Below are positions 7,201-20,287 of a stretch of 63,190 nt of DNA, piece by piece; within the stretch, counting starts at the first letter, position 1; each line of letters begins with the position of its first letter. A program made the translations under genes and the position numbers. This DNA is from Deltaproteobacteria bacterium (GTDB lineage Bacteria > JAMCPX01). The notes under the pieces are model-generated. The model saw nothing but the letters and a program-made list of their open reading frames with translations. It did not search any database and was not told where the DNA came from. The DNA is taken from contig JAMCVD010000036.1 in NCBI GenBank assembly GCA_023381995.1, positions 450 through 63,639 of the forward strand, written 5' to 3'.

Positions 7201-8835
7201 TTAAGGCTTTGTCTTCTTCTCCATGAGCTGGACTATCCTGTTCCTGCCCGCGTACGGCTTTATCTCGAACCTGGTTATCTTGCTGATCTGCTTTATGATG
7301 TCCGACATCTTTTCTACCTCGCTTATAATCTTCGACGCATAGTCCGTCGTCACGGGGTCCCTGTCGTGTAATTTGTTCACGAGAAGCTCCGAATAGCCCT
7401 GAATGGCAGACAGGGGCTGGTTCAGGTTATGGGCAGCGGCACCGGCGAGGCTCGTCATCGCATCGTTCTTCTCCGCATCTATCAGCTTCGACAGGGCCTC
7501 ATCGAGGGACTTTTCCATCCGGATTTTTTCCCTTTCGTCCCTGAGGTAGCCCACGGTCATCTGCTCTTCGCTTTTTTCATTGTACACGATGGCCCCGGAC
7601 AGGGTGACGGGTATAAGCTCTCCGCTGCGTGCCCGAACCTCGACAGGATAGTTCCTGATGTGCTTCGTCGGACTCAGCCGGAGCGTCCTCATCACCTCTT
7701 TTGCAACGTTCTCCGGATAGAGCTGGGTAACATGGATGTGGTGTATGGCCTCCTCCCTCGAATAGCCAAAGAGCCGAGCGGCTTCCTCGTTGAAGAAGAG
7801 GAGCTTTCCGCTCGTATCGACCGCGATAATCGAGTCGGGCGAGCTGCTGATCGTCTTGAGGAGCAGGTCGGTCGTCTTGAGGAGCTCCCTGCTGAGCAGC
7901 TTCTCCTCGGTAATGTCCCTTACGGATATCAGCGAGACGTCCTGCCTTCCCGGCAGCGGGGTCGCTCTCAGGGAAAAGTTTTTCGTGGAGCCGTTCTTTA
8001 CCTTCACGTTGAGCTCGAATTTGTTCACGAAGTCCCTGTTGAGGTATTTCTGGAAGATCGTGTCCGCTGCCTGCCGGCTCGAACTGTCGGCCAGGCCGAT
8101 GGAGTAATGGGACCCTATAATCTCTTCCCTGGAATAGCCGGTGAGCTTTAAAAAGGTCTTGTTGGCGTTCCTGACTCTTCCGTCCCTGTCCACGAGGATC
8201 ATGCCTTCCAGCGCATTGTTGAACAGGAACTCGTACTCCTTGTTCATCGTAAAAAGCTCATACGCCTCTTTCATCGACTCTTCCAGCACCTTCATCTTCG
8301 CTATATTGAGTATGGCGCTCGCAAGCATGTTTGCCTGTATAAAATAGTATCTCTGCAGGAACGGCGACAGCTTTATGGCCTTTCTGGCCTTTATAAAGAT
8401 GACCCCCATGGTGTCGCTTATATCGAATATCGGCACTATGAAAATGGAGTGTATGTCCTTTTTGAGGACGATCTCTTTCTGCGTGTTGTCCAGCAGCGGA
8501 CTGTTTATGACGTCCTCTATGATCAGGGCTTCCTTCTTCCGGATCGCGGCGAGTATCTCTGGGTACTTGTCCGATTCCACGACAACCGTCCTATCGTCGC
8601 TGATCTCGCTGCTCGCGATGACCTCTATCCTGTCCTTCTTCTCGTCCGTAAACATCATGATGCTTACTTCAAACAGGCTCAACCTCTTTTTGAGCGATTC
8701 CGAGAATATGCTCAGGACGTCTTTATACGTGGCCACTCCCGTGATCCGTCTGTAGATGAACGACAGCTCCCTCAGCATGTCTTCCGCTGATAGGTCGTCG
8801 GTTATCGTCTGGATGTCGCTGATCTTGTCCGCCAC
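7201..8835 (-). CDS. GAF-PAS-PAS sensor protein that ends in a HisKA-like dimerisation/phosphoacceptor segment. No HATPase_c domain is present.
   Basis: PAS S-box motifs occur twice (LEGMILVDRDGRV.., SPDSIIAVDTSGKL..). The H-box AAAHNLNQPLSAIQGYSELL is followed by only about 75 further residues. Confidence 0.75.
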   Translation of the reverse strand: MADKISDIQTITDDLSAEDMLRELSFIYRRITGVATYKDVLSIFSESLKKRLSLFEVSIMMFTDEKKDRIEVIASSEISDDRTVVVESDKYPEILAAIRKKEALIIEDVINSPLLDNTQKEIVLKKDIHSIFIVPIFDISDTMGVIFIKARKAIKLSPFLQRYYFIQANMLASAILNIAKMKVLEESMKEAYELFTMNKEYEFLFNNALEGMILVDRDGRVRNANKTFLKLTGYSREEIIGSHYSIGLADSSSRQAADTIFQKYLNRDFVNKFELNVKVKNGSTKNFSLRATPLPGRQDVSLISVRDITEEKLLSRELLKTTDLLLKTISSSPDSIIAVDTSGKLLFFNEEAARLFGYSREEAIHHIHVTQLYPENVAKEVMRTLRLSPTKHIRNYPVEVRARSGELIPVTLSGAIVYNEKSEEQMTVGYLRDEREKIRMEKSLDEALSKLIDAEKNDAMTSLAGAAAHNLNQPLSAIQGYSELLVNKLHDRDPVTTDYASKIISEVEKMSDIIKQISKITRFEIKPYAGRNRIVQLMEKKTKP

Positions 8836-9755
8836 ACTACCCCCTGTGCACGTACCCTGTATCGTGGAGGGCCAGGGACACCTTTTTGCCGTGCTCGTAG
8901 AGCTTTATGCCGCGGCCCCTCACAATCTTTCCGATCCTGTATACCCTCGTGCCATTGATCCTGCTCCTGTACCTTTTCTCCGGGACGGTGAAGAGTAAAA
9001 CATAGTCGTCCCCGCCTGTCAAAACATAGTCGTACGGCGATTTGCCGAGTAACCGTGCCGCATGTCTCACGCCGGCCGTGACGGGCACGCTGTCGAGGCT
9101 TATCTCCGCGCCTTTCCTGCTTTCGTCGAGTATATGGGACAGGTCCCGGAGCAGTCCGTCGGACACGTCTATCATCGAGGTGGGTGACATGCTGTCCACG
9201 ATACGGATGCTTTCCCGAAGCATGGGGGACGGCTCGAGGTACCTCTTGACAAGCACGGGGTACGATCTGGTGTCCTTCAGCCTTATCAGGTCGAGGCCTG
9301 CCATGGCCTCGCCTGTTATGCCTGCAATACAGATCGCATCGCCTTCCCCGGCGCCGCTCCTCCGTATGAACCTTCCCCGGTAGGCGCTGCCTATGACAAC
9401 GGTGTCCGCCGCAAAGCTGCCGAGCATCCCGGCTATATTGCCGCCGATGAGGCTTATTCCGTACTCGCGTACACGCGACATAAATCCTTTCATGAACATA
9501 TCGATGTGTCGCACCGGGAAGCGGGCAGGCAGAAACAGGGAGAGCAGAGCGTAGAGCGGTACGCCTCCCATTGCGGCTATGTCGCTGATCGCTGCGCCGA
9601 GCGCCCTTTTACCGGCAGACTCCCATTCGTTCAACTCTCCGAGGAAGTGGACGCCGTCGACAATGCTGTCGACCGTGCAGAGGAGCTTGCTGCCTGCGGG
9701 TGTCTTTATTACCGCAGCATCGTCGCCTATGCCGAGGAGTACGCCGTGCCCGGGC

Positions 9756-12214
<2,459 letters not shown>

Positions 12215-12217
12215 ATT

Positions 12218-12661
12218 TTATCCCCTCTCTATTTTTATGTGTGTTTTCGAGTGCCTTCGTTCCTCTATCTTCTTCAAGATAATCTTCAATACCCCGCTCT
12301 TCAAAACGGCCTTCACGTCCTTGGTGTCGCACGTGATGGGTATCGGTATCGTCTTCGTAAAGTTGCCGAACGACCTCTCGATCTGGTTGTACCTTGCGAC
12401 ATCGGGCGCGACCGTCTCGGCCTTGATCCCTTGTACATAGATGACGTTGCTCTGGATAAAACATTCTATACTGTCCACTTCTATGCCCGGCACGTCCATC
12501 TCTATGATGAGCTCCCTGCCCTTTTCGTACATGTCGCTCTTTATGACAGGGACGCTCACGTCCTCCTCGAGCCAGCTCTCTATAGTTTTAATAGTAAAAT
12601 TCGTGAAATCCATGCCGTGCATGTTATCCATTAAGTCTTTTAACTTCATTTTTGACCTCAA
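12218..12661 (-). CDS. Hsp20/alpha-crystallin small heat-shock protein
   Basis: Alpha-crystallin domain pattern (DMYEKGRELIIEMDVPGI ... ERSFGNFTKTIPIP ... GVLKIILKK). Confidence 0.85.
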   Translation of the reverse strand: MRSKMKLKDLMDNMHGMDFTNFTIKTIESWLEEDVSVPVIKSDMYEKGRELIIEMDVPGIEVDSIECFIQSNVIYVQGIKAETVAPDVARYNQIERSFGNFTKTIPIPITCDTKDVKAVLKSGVLKIILKKIEERRHSKTHIKIERG

Positions 12662-14589
12662 TGTGGTATTTCGACTATCTTTTTACCACTTACCTTTAAC
12701 AAGTAAAGCCTTTTGGTAGGCACCCTTCTGCCGGCGTATGAGGTAATTCCTGTAACGCCCGGGAAGTCCTTTATCCCGAGCAGGCCGTTTCTGATGTCCT
12801 GCCTGTCCACGGCACCCTCCATGGCAGTGACAATTATACGGGCGGTATCGTACCCGAGCGCAGAGAGTATGTCCGGATCGCTGTGGAACAGGGACCTGTA
12901 TGCGTCCACGAAGGTCTCCGTGTACCCGTTTGTGCTCTGTGTAAAGAAACCGTCCGTATATATGGCGCCATCGACGTACCTGCCGCCCATCCGGACAAGC
13001 CCTTCCCCACTCCAGCCGTTGCCCCCGAGCAACTGGACGTTGTTAATGTCGTAGTAGAGGAGCTGCGGTGCTATCATCGCGACTTTCTCATAATAGTCGG
13101 GTATGAAGATGGCGGAGAAGTCGATGATCGGCGGAGGGCTGTTCTTCTGGTCCGGGGGGAGCTTCTGTATGTCCTGCTTCCTGAGATCGAGATAGTAGGT
13201 ACCGTCGAGCTTCTCTATCTGTGTCTTGAAGTCCGTCTCTGCGGGGGGATAGCCTTCGAGCCCCGTTATCGTCCCGCCACGTTCGAGTACCTGACTTACG
13301 AATGCCCTCATCATGTCTTCGCCGTACGTGCTCTCCGGATAGAGCACGGCAAACTGTCTCATCCCGAGGGTCGTCATGGCATAGCTCACGATGTTCTGTG
13401 CCTGGTTCTCGGGTGTAAGGCTGTTCTGGAACACGTAGTCCCCCGTAGTCGTTATATCGGACTTCTGGCTCAGGCTGACCATGGGAACGCCGTAGCTCTG
13501 CACCGTATAAGCCGCTTCCTGGGCGGTGCTGCCGAGCAGGGGACCTATGATTGTCGCCACATGGTCCTTCTTTACGAGCTCCTTGGCCTCCTTGGCGGCG
13601 AGCTCGGGTATGCCCCTGGAATCCATTATAAACAGGGTGTATCGCGAGGTAGGGCTGAACGCACCGAGTGCAAGCTCGATGCCGTTCAACACCTGTCCGC
13701 CGTATGGACCGAAGTCTCCGCTCAGCGGCAGGATGCACCCTATGTTGTTCATATCGACCTGCGTTATGTCCGTTATCTCCTGTCTGAGCGACAGGGCATC
13801 GTTCATGATGTCCGGAGCGTTGATACCCGACACGACGACGGCATCGACGAGCTCGAGGGCGTATTTATAATTGCTCGAGGAAAACATGTCCTGCGCCAGC
13901 TTCAGCCTCAGCAACGACAGTTCGTAGGTACTGTAGCTACTCCGGAGCATCTGCTGTATATCGGCGTCCGTCAGGTGTTCCTTGACTATCCTCTTGAGCA
14001 GCATCTGCGCAAGCTCCGTCTCCCTATCGTCCCTGAAATGGCCCGATGCATTCGACAGCGCATCGAAGGCGCCTTTGTATGCCCCGGTCTCGTAGTACGA
14101 CTCTCCCAGCAGGAAGTAGGCCCTGCCCTCTCTGTCTCCGCGGAGCCCTCCTATGACGGCATTGAGCCCGTTTATCGCATCGGTGTATCTTTTCTCCCTT
14201 ATGTTTACCACATTCACGCCTATTCTGGCATCGGCCGCGTAATCGCTCCCGGGGTAGTGATCGATCAGATCGTTGTAGTAGTACGATGCCTGTCCGTACG
14301 AGCCCGTTTTCAGGGCGAGTCCAGCGGCCTTCAGCAGGCCGAAAGGCGCCTGTGAGCTCTTGCTGTCGATGCTCGGTATCGATGCATAGAGCTTGATGGC
14401 CCCGCTGTAATCGTCGAGCGCTTCCTGCCTCTCTGCCCTCTGCTTTACGATGTCGATTGCGCTGCTCGCGCTCATGCGTGTGCCCTCATACCTCACCATC
14501 TTCGTAAAGCAGCCAGTAAGGACGATCAGGGAAGCCACGACAGCGGCATGTGCGATGGACACACGCCCGGTCTCCTCAGCGTACTTCAT
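12658..14589 (-). CDS. LpoA-like lipoprotein with an N-terminal TPR-like domain and a type-I periplasmic-binding (LivJ-like) domain
   Basis: Lipobox LIVLTGC. Periplasmic-binding core ILPLSGDFGPYGGQVLNGIELAL. The ATG at 14589 overlaps the upstream stop (ATGA). Confidence 0.7.
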   Translation of the reverse strand: MKYAEETGRVSIAHAAVVASLIVLTGCFTKMVRYEGTRMSASSAIDIVKQRAERQEALDDYSGAIKLYASIPSIDSKSSQAPFGLLKAAGLALKTGSYGQASYYYNDLIDHYPGSDYAADARIGVNVVNIREKRYTDAINGLNAVIGGLRGDREGRAYFLLGESYYETGAYKGAFDALSNASGHFRDDRETELAQMLLKRIVKEHLTDADIQQMLRSSYSTYELSLLRLKLAQDMFSSSNYKYALELVDAVVVSGINAPDIMNDALSLRQEITDITQVDMNNIGCILPLSGDFGPYGGQVLNGIELALGAFSPTSRYTLFIMDSRGIPELAAKEAKELVKKDHVATIIGPLLGSTAQEAAYTVQSYGVPMVSLSQKSDITTTGDYVFQNSLTPENQAQNIVSYAMTTLGMRQFAVLYPESTYGEDMMRAFVSQVLERGGTITGLEGYPPAETDFKTQIEKLDGTYYLDLRKQDIQKLPPDQKNSPPPIIDFSAIFIPDYYEKVAMIAPQLLYYDINNVQLLGGNGWSGEGLVRMGGRYVDGAIYTDGFFTQSTNGYTETFVDAYRSLFHSDPDILSALGYDTARIIVTAMEGAVDRQDIRNGLLGIKDFPGVTGITSYAGRRVPTKRLYLLKVSGKKIVEIPH

Positions 14590-15338
14590 GGCTTCTTTTG
14601 TTTCTCTTTCCTTGCGGCATTCAGGTACATCCTTGCTATGCCGTTGTTGGGGTCGTGCTTCAAGACGCTCTCCCATTCCACCACGGCATCGTCGAGCCTG
14701 CTCATGAGGTAATACACGATACCGAGGTTGACCCGCGCCGGCAGGTAATCGGCGTTTATGAACTTCGCCTCTTCCAGCTCCTTTATCGCCTGTGCGATCA
14801 TCCCCTTTTCCCTGAAGGCGACGGCGAGCTTCGTCTTTATGTCGACGAACGTGGGCTGGAGTTTCAATGCCTTCTCGTACTCTTCTATCGCGGCATCGCC
14901 GTCGTTTATCTCCATGTAGAGGTCTCCTATCTCTGCGTGCATGTTCGATAGCTTCGACGTAACGAGCCGGTCCTCCATTTCCTTTATACTGCCGGAATGG
15001 GACGACTCCTTTGCCCTGTTCAGGACGTTCTTCGCCTTTTCGTACTGGCCTATATCGTTGTACGTGACCGCGAGGTTGGTGGCGGCCTCCATGTACCCGG
15101 GATTTATTCTCATGGCGCTCTCAAAGTACTTTATAGCGTCCTTGATCTTCCCGTTTAAATGGAATATGACTCCCAGCATGTTGTAGACGTCCGCATAGTC
15201 CTTGTTCCCCTCCTCGAATATCAGGAGGTGCTGGAGGGCGATGTCGTAGTTGTTCCTGAGAAAGAACTCCTTGCCCAGCTTGTAATGCTCCCTGTCGTTG
15301 CTATTCATCTCGACGCCCCGAAAGATACCTCCCGCCAC
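14586..15338 (-). CDS. TPR-repeat protein
   Basis: Successive 34-residue TPR repeats (A..Y...G.......A...F..AL...P). Confidence 0.75.
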   Translation of the reverse strand: MAGGIFRGVEMNSNDREHYKLGKEFFLRNNYDIALQHLLIFEEGNKDYADVYNMLGVIFHLNGKIKDAIKYFESAMRINPGYMEAATNLAVTYNDIGQYEKAKNVLNRAKESSHSGSIKEMEDRLVTSKLSNMHAEIGDLYMEINDGDAAIEEYEKALKLQPTFVDIKTKLAVAFREKGMIAQAIKELEEAKFINADYLPARVNLGIVYYLMSRLDDAVVEWESVLKHDPNNGIARMYLNAARKEKQKKP

Positions 15339-15342
15339 TGCA

Positions 15343-16095
15343 TCATTTGTTATGGCCGCTCCTGGGGTATGCTTCCTTCAGCAGTTCGACGGTCCGCCTG
15401 TACTCTCCCTGAGCACCTATTCGCCTGTAGATCCCCGCAAGTTCATGCAACGCCCTGTCGCCGAGACCGCGCCCGGGGTACTTATTGTATACCTCCCTGA
15501 GCCTTCCTATTGCCGCCTCGTAATACCCGTGGTGGATGTAAAAGTCGGCTACATACATATCGTACCTCCCCAGGGTATACTCGCACTTCTGCGCATACTT
15601 CTTGGCCTCCGGGGCATACTTCGATGACGGATAGTTGTCCGCGATGTACCTGAATTCATCGAGCGCGTTGTAGATGCCCGTCTGATCTATGTCGTACGGT
15701 ATGCTCCCGATGAGCCATGTCTTCTGGTTATTGAGGAACGACTTCCCCTCCATGAAAACGGCGTAGGAGATATTGTCGTCGTTTGGGTACATCTTTACGA
15801 AATGTTCGTAGGCCTCCGCGGACTCGAGGTACCTCCCCTCCCTGTAGTATGAGTCCCCGATACGGAGCTGGGCAAGCGGTGCATAGGCCGAATAGGGATA
15901 GTTGTCGATAATCTGGTTCAGGGTCCCTCTGGCCTGCTCGTAGTCCGCGCCGAATATCGAGCCGCCCTTCAGCTCGTCCAGCGCCTTGTTGTAATACTCT
16001 TTGGGGCCGGGCTGCTTTTGTACGGGCGCGGTCGCACAGCCTGCGACAAGGGAAGCGAGTACGAACGACAAGGCTATGTACCCTCTGTCCCTCAT
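15343..16095 (-). CDS. bamD: Outer-membrane protein assembly factor BamD (YfiO family lipoprotein)
   Basis: Lipobox LVAGC. BamD-type TPR pattern (YPYSAYAPLAQLRIGDSYYREGRYLESAEAY..F...YP). Confidence 0.8.
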   Translation of the reverse strand: MRDRGYIALSFVLASLVAGCATAPVQKQPGPKEYYNKALDELKGGSIFGADYEQARGTLNQIIDNYPYSAYAPLAQLRIGDSYYREGRYLESAEAYEHFVKMYPNDDNISYAVFMEGKSFLNNQKTWLIGSIPYDIDQTGIYNALDEFRYIADNYPSSKYAPEAKKYAQKCEYTLGRYDMYVADFYIHHGYYEAAIGRLREVYNKYPGRGLGDRALHELAGIYRRIGAQGEYRRTVELLKEAYPRSGHNK

Positions 16096-16754
16096 TTTAT
16101 CGCCATGTGGTGTCGTATGTCCTTACCGATTACCATGAATATGACGTCCTCGGCTATATTGGTAGCATGATCCGCTATACGTTCAAGGTTTTTCGACACG
16201 AATATGAGATCGATGGCAGTGGGGATGGTGGTGTGATCGCTCATCATGTAGGTAAGGAGCTCCCTGAAGATCTGGTTATTGATATCGTCTATGGTGTCGT
16301 CCCTCGTAAGGACGTCCTCCGCAAGCTTGACGTCTTTCCTGATAAAGGCGTCGAGGCTGTCGCTCACCATCTTCTGTGCTATCGTCGATTCCCTGGGTAT
16401 GTCCACGAGCGGTTTGATCACGGGCCTCTCGAGCAGGGACTCGGTCCTCTGTGCTATGTTGACGGCCTGATCGCCGAGCCTCTCGAGGTCCGTATTGATC
16501 TTTATCGCCCCCGTTATCATGCGCAGATCACCTGCCTGGGGCTGTCGCAGGGCGAGGAGCTTGAGGCAGAAGTCGTCGATCTCTACGTGCATGGCATTGA
16601 CCGACTCTTCAAGCCCGTACACCTCCCTGAGCATTGCCGTGTCCCTGTCGGTCAGGGCCTTGACGGACTTGTGGATCATGGTCTGCGCAAGGCTGCCCAT
16701 CTTCACCAGCATGCCCGACAGCTCTTTCAATTCTTCGTCAAACTTTCTCTCCAT
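16092..16754 (-). CDS. phoU: Phosphate signalling complex protein PhoU
   Basis: Duplicated PhoU motifs (D..I......LERLGD.A.NIA and LERIADHATNIAEDV). Located downstream of pstB. Confidence 0.92.
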   Translation of the reverse strand: MERKFDEELKELSGMLVKMGSLAQTMIHKSVKALTDRDTAMLREVYGLEESVNAMHVEIDDFCLKLLALRQPQAGDLRMITGAIKINTDLERLGDQAVNIAQRTESLLERPVIKPLVDIPRESTIAQKMVSDSLDAFIRKDVKLAEDVLTRDDTIDDINNQIFRELLTYMMSDHTTIPTAIDLIFVSKNLERIADHATNIAEDVIFMVIGKDIRHHMAIK

Positions 16755-16764
16755 CGGTACTCCT

Positions 16765-17523
16765 TTATCCGAACCTGCCCGTTATATAGTCCTCCGTACG
16801 CTTGTCAATGGGATTGGTGAATATATCGGACGTCCTATTGAACTCTATGAGCTCGCCGAGGAGGAAGAATCCGGTATAGTCCGAGACCCGCGCGGCCTGC
16901 TGCATGTTGTGCGTCACGATGACGATCGTGTACCTTTCCTTTATCTGCTGTATGAGCTCCTCGATGCGGGCGGTCGAGATCGGGTCGAGGGCCGATGCGG
17001 GCTCGTCCATCAGTACGATCTCGGGTTCTATCGCGATGGTCCTTGCTATGCAAAGCCTCTGCTGCTGCCCGCCCGACAGGGTCGTGGCCGGCTTGAAAAG
17101 CTTGTCCTTGACCTCGTCCCACAGCGCCGCATTTTTAAGGCTCTGCTCCACCGTGTCTGCGATCCTGTCCTTCTTTTTTATGCCGTTGAGCTTCAGCCCT
17201 GCCGCCACGTTCTCGAAGATGCTCATGGTCGGGAAGGGGTTCGGCTTCTGGAACACCATCCCGATGCGCCGACGCACGAGGACCGGGTCGCTCGTTTTTG
17301 AGTATATGTCTATGCCGTCGAGCATGACCCTTCCACTTACCCGCGCGCTATCGACCACCTCGTGGATCCTGTTGAGACACCTCACGAATGTGGTCTTGCC
17401 GCATCCGGACGGCCCTATTACCGCGGTGACACCGTTCTCTTCGATATCGATAGTGATGTCCTTGATGGCCTGAACGGCGCCAAACCATGCATTCAGGTGC
17501 TCAATGACCAGCTTCTTCGCCAT
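16765..17523 (-). CDS. pstB: Phosphate ABC transporter ATP-binding protein PstB
   Basis: [15 protein letters not shown]..., Walker [23 protein letters not shown] signature. The ORF-track N-terminal extension is rejected. Confidence 0.93.
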   Translation of the reverse strand: MAKKLVIEHLNAWFGAVQAIKDITIDIEENGVTAVIGPSGCGKTTFVRCLNRIHEVVDSARVSGRVMLDGIDIYSKTSDPVLVRRRIGMVFQKPNPFPTMSIFENVAAGLKLNGIKKKDRIADTVEQSLKNAALWDEVKDKLFKPATTLSGGQQQRLCIARTIAIEPEIVLMDEPASALDPISTARIEELIQQIKERYTIVIVTHNMQQAARVSDYTGFFLLGELIEFNRTSDIFTNPIDKRTEDYITGRFG

Positions 17524-17531
17524 ACCTATAC

Positions 17532-18377
17532 TTATAAAGCATATTTTGCTTTTGTAAACAGCTTTGATACTATATTGACGACGAGAACAATGGCGATAAG
17601 GACGAAAGCGGTGCCCCACGCGATCTCGTTCCAGTCGCGGTACGGGGACGACGCATAATTGTATATGAGCACGGTCATCGTGGAGATGGGCTGGTCCAGC
17701 CTGAGGCTCATGAACGAGTTGTTGAACGCGGTGAAGAGCAGCGGCGCCGTCTCCCCGCCGACCCGTGCGACCGCAAGCATTATGCCCGTTATGATGCCGG
17801 TCAGCGCAGTCCTCAGGACAATGAAGATGGTCACTTTCCATCGCGGTATTCCCAGTGCGAGTGCCGCCTCCCGTATGGTATCGGGCACCGTTTTCAGGAG
17901 CTCCTCGCTGGTCCTGGTTATGATGGGGAGCATGAGTAAGGAAAGCGCGACACCACCAGAGAACGCGGAGAACTCATGCATCGGAAGGACGACCATGGTG
18001 TACGCGACGATGCCCGCCACGATGGAGGGTATGCCGTTCAGGACGTCCGCGAAGTACCTCACCACGGGTGCGAGCCTGTTCTTGCCGAACTCGGCCAGGT
18101 ATATCCCTGCCATTATGCCGATCGGTATCGCTATGGCAGATGCCACGCCCACCACGACGAAGCTCCCGACGATGGCATTGGCGATGCCGCCGCCCGACTC
18201 GCCCGTCGGCCTCGGCAGTCTGACAAAGAAGTCCCAGTTTATCGCCGAAGCGCCCCTGGCCATCGTGTAGAGGAGTATCAAGAGCAGTACGGCGACGCCG
18301 AACATCGCGGAGCCGTACGACAGGACGAGCATGAGACTATTAACGGCACGCCTCTTCAGGTAGCTCAGGGAGCTCAC
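17532..18377 (-). CDS. pstA: Phosphate ABC transporter permease PstA
   Basis: PstA-type permease ([22 protein letters not shown]). The GTG start overlaps the pstC stop (GTGA). Confidence 0.88.
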   Translation of the reverse strand: MSSLSYLKRRAVNSLMLVLSYGSAMFGVAVLLLILLYTMARGASAINWDFFVRLPRPTGESGGGIANAIVGSFVVVGVASAIAIPIGIMAGIYLAEFGKNRLAPVVRYFADVLNGIPSIVAGIVAYTMVVLPMHEFSAFSGGVALSLLMLPIITRTSEELLKTVPDTIREAALALGIPRWKVTIFIVLRTALTGIITGIMLAVARVGGETAPLLFTAFNNSFMSLRLDQPISTMTVLIYNYASSPYRDWNEIAWGTAFVLIAIVLVVNIVSKLFTKAKYAL

Positions 18378-19282
18378 TGCACGATCCTCTCTCTGCTTAC
18401 GAGCAGCCGTGCGACGGCGTTGAATACCATGGAGATCGCAAAGAGTATGAGCGCGAGCTCTATCAGCGAGGACACGTAGAGCTTCGTCGTTGCCTCCGTG
18501 AACTCGTTGGCTATCACGCTCGCAATGGTATACGAAGGGGCGAACAGCGATGCAGATATCGACGGTGCGTTGCCTATCACCATCGTTACGGCCATCGTCT
18601 CCCCGAGCGCCCTGCCGAACCCGAGCATTACCGCGCCGGTCAGGCCTGACCGCGAATGGGGGAAGACTATCTTCGATATTACCTCCCACCGCGTCATGCC
18701 GAGCGCAAAGCCGGCCTCCTTGTAGAGCATCGGAACGGTATTGAATATGTCCCTGGAGATGGAGGCGATTGTCGGGATAATCATGATGGACAATATGATG
18801 CCGCCGGCCAGCATGCCTACCCCTATGGGTACCCCGCCGAACAGCGGTATGGAGCCAAAATATCGGCTGAGTACAGGCTCGACATACATCTGAAGGAAAG
18901 GGACCATCACAAACAGTCCCCACAAGCCGTAAATGATGCTGGGGATCGCGGCGAGCAGCTCGATCATAAGGGACACGGACGGCCGTATCGCCTGCGGGGC
19001 GAGCTCGGAAAGAAAGACGGCTATGCCGATGCTTATCGGGAGCGCGATGATCAGCGCTATGACGGACGAGACGATCGTGCCGAAGATGAACGGGAGGGCA
19101 CCGAAGACCTCGTTTACTGGGTCCCATGTCGTGGTAACGAGGAACTTCAGGCCGAACCTGCCTATGGACAGCTCTGAGCCCTTGAAGAGCTCATACACGA
19201 TTACCGCGATGAGCAACAATATCATGGAGGCGAATACCGTCGATAGAAACCTGATCGTCCTGTCGCCTGTTGCGAGCTTCAT
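18374..19282 (-). CDS. pstC: Phosphate ABC transporter permease PstC. Start uncertain (ATG at 19282 or TTG at 19321).
   Basis: PstC-type permease (EAGFALGMTRWEVISKIVFP). Confidence 0.88.
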   Translation of the reverse strand: MKLATGDRTIRFLSTVFASMILLLIAVIVYELFKGSELSIGRFGLKFLVTTTWDPVNEVFGALPFIFGTIVSSVIALIIALPISIGIAVFLSELAPQAIRPSVSLMIELLAAIPSIIYGLWGLFVMVPFLQMYVEPVLSRYFGSIPLFGGVPIGVGMLAGGIILSIMIIPTIASISRDIFNTVPMLYKEAGFALGMTRWEVISKIVFPHSRSGLTGAVMLGFGRALGETMAVTMVIGNAPSISASLFAPSYTIASVIANEFTEATTKLYVSSLIELALILFAISMVFNAVARLLVSRERIVQ

Positions 19283-19332
19283 ATCGACTTTCAGACTACC
19301 TTTCCGGGCACACGCAGACAAGTAAATTGTAG

Positions 19333-19349
19333 TTTACATGGATTTTACA
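19333..19349. promoter_or_regulatory. Pho-box-like direct repeat TTTACA-N5-TTTACA upstream of pstC
   Basis: The hexamers are spaced 11 bp start-to-start, as in PhoP/PhoB boxes. Located 50-70 bp upstream of the pstC start. Confidence 0.4.
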
Positions 19350-19371
19350 CGGACGTAACACCGATATCCTG

Positions 19372-19400
19372 TTGACAGCCGGCAGAGAAAAAAATATATA
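19372..19400 (+). promoter_or_regulatory. Sigma-70-like promoter TTGACA-N17-TATATA for the HAD phosphatase gene
   Basis: Hexamers read directly. Divergent from pstC. Confidence 0.5.
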
Positions 19401-19444
19401 TTTCGCAGGAGAACGGGACATTGAAACGCGAGAAGAAGACGCAC

Positions 19445-20287
19445 ATGCAGGGCCGGTTGATCGTTTTTACGGACCTCGACGGCACGCTGCTCGACTACTC
19501 TACCTACTCATACGAGCATTCGGAAGAAGGCATGGGGCTGCTGAGGGAGCGGGACATCCCGCTGATATTCTGCACGAGCAAGTCTTACGCGGAGGTCGTC
19601 TACTTCAGGGAGAAGACAGGGAACACCTCCCCGTTCATCGTCGAGAACGGCGGGGCGATCTATATACCCGGAGGGCAGGCAGCGCTGTTCAGGAGGGCCG
19701 GACGGCCTGGACAATTCAGGAACTCCGGCGGGTATGCGGTCATACAGCTCGGGGCCGACTATGCAAGGCTGAGGCAGGTATTTGAGCAGATAAAGAGGGA
19801 GTTCCACGAGAGGGTCATCGGCTTCGGAGACATGGACGTCCGGAAGGTCGCATCGTACCTCAATCTCCCGCCCGGACTCGCAGGCATGGCTAAGGAAAGG
19901 AGGTACGATGAGCCGTTCATTCTGGAAGACCCTTCCCTGCTCGACGGAATAAAGCAATTCGCCGAACGTCGCGGGCTCAGGGTATACCCCGGGACAAGGT
20001 TCTATCACCTCATGGGCGATACGGACAAGGGGATCGCGGTAAAGGTGCTCGTGTCGGCATACAGGGAGATGTACGGCGGGCTGACTTCTGCAGCGGTCGG
20101 CGAAGGCAAGAACGACGAGCCCATGTTCAGGCAGGTCGACGTCCCCTACCTCGTCCAGAGACCTGATGGTAAATATGTTGACATACGCATGGATAATATT
20201 GTTAAAATAGATAAGGTAGGGCCCGAGGGATTCACCTCGGCAGTCAAGAGACTATTGAGCACGGAGGGCTTGTATAATGGAATATAA
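19445..20287 (+). CDS. HAD-IIB family phosphatase (mannosyl/glucosyl-3-phosphoglycerate phosphatase-like)
   Basis: LIVFTDLDGTLL motif I, FCTSK motif II, GEGKNDEPMF motif IV. Confidence 0.75.
   Translation: MQGRLIVFTDLDGTLLDYSTYSYEHSEEGMGLLRERDIPLIFCTSKSYAEVVYFREKTGNTSPFIVENGGAIYIPGGQAALFRRAGRPGQFRNSGGYAVIQLGADYARLRQVFEQIKREFHERVIGFGDMDVRKVASYLNLPPGLAGMAKERRYDEPFILEDPSLLDGIKQFAERRGLRVYPGTRFYHLMGDTDKGIAVKVLVSAYREMYGGLTSAAVGEGKNDEPMFRQVDVPYLVQRPDGKYVDIRMDNIVKIDKVGPEGFTSAVKRLLSTEGLYNGI

Noticed and set aside
17532-19127. 531-aa version of pstA, and long N-terminal extensions of pstB (to 17841), thiL (to 10003), MATE (to 27284), the peptidase (to 30046) and acyl-CoA dehydrogenase (from 23563).
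   Set aside because: The extensions overlap the preceding genes in another frame and are compositionally aberrant. Family alignments and overlapping start/stop signals (ATGA/GTGA) support the shorter starts given in the features.
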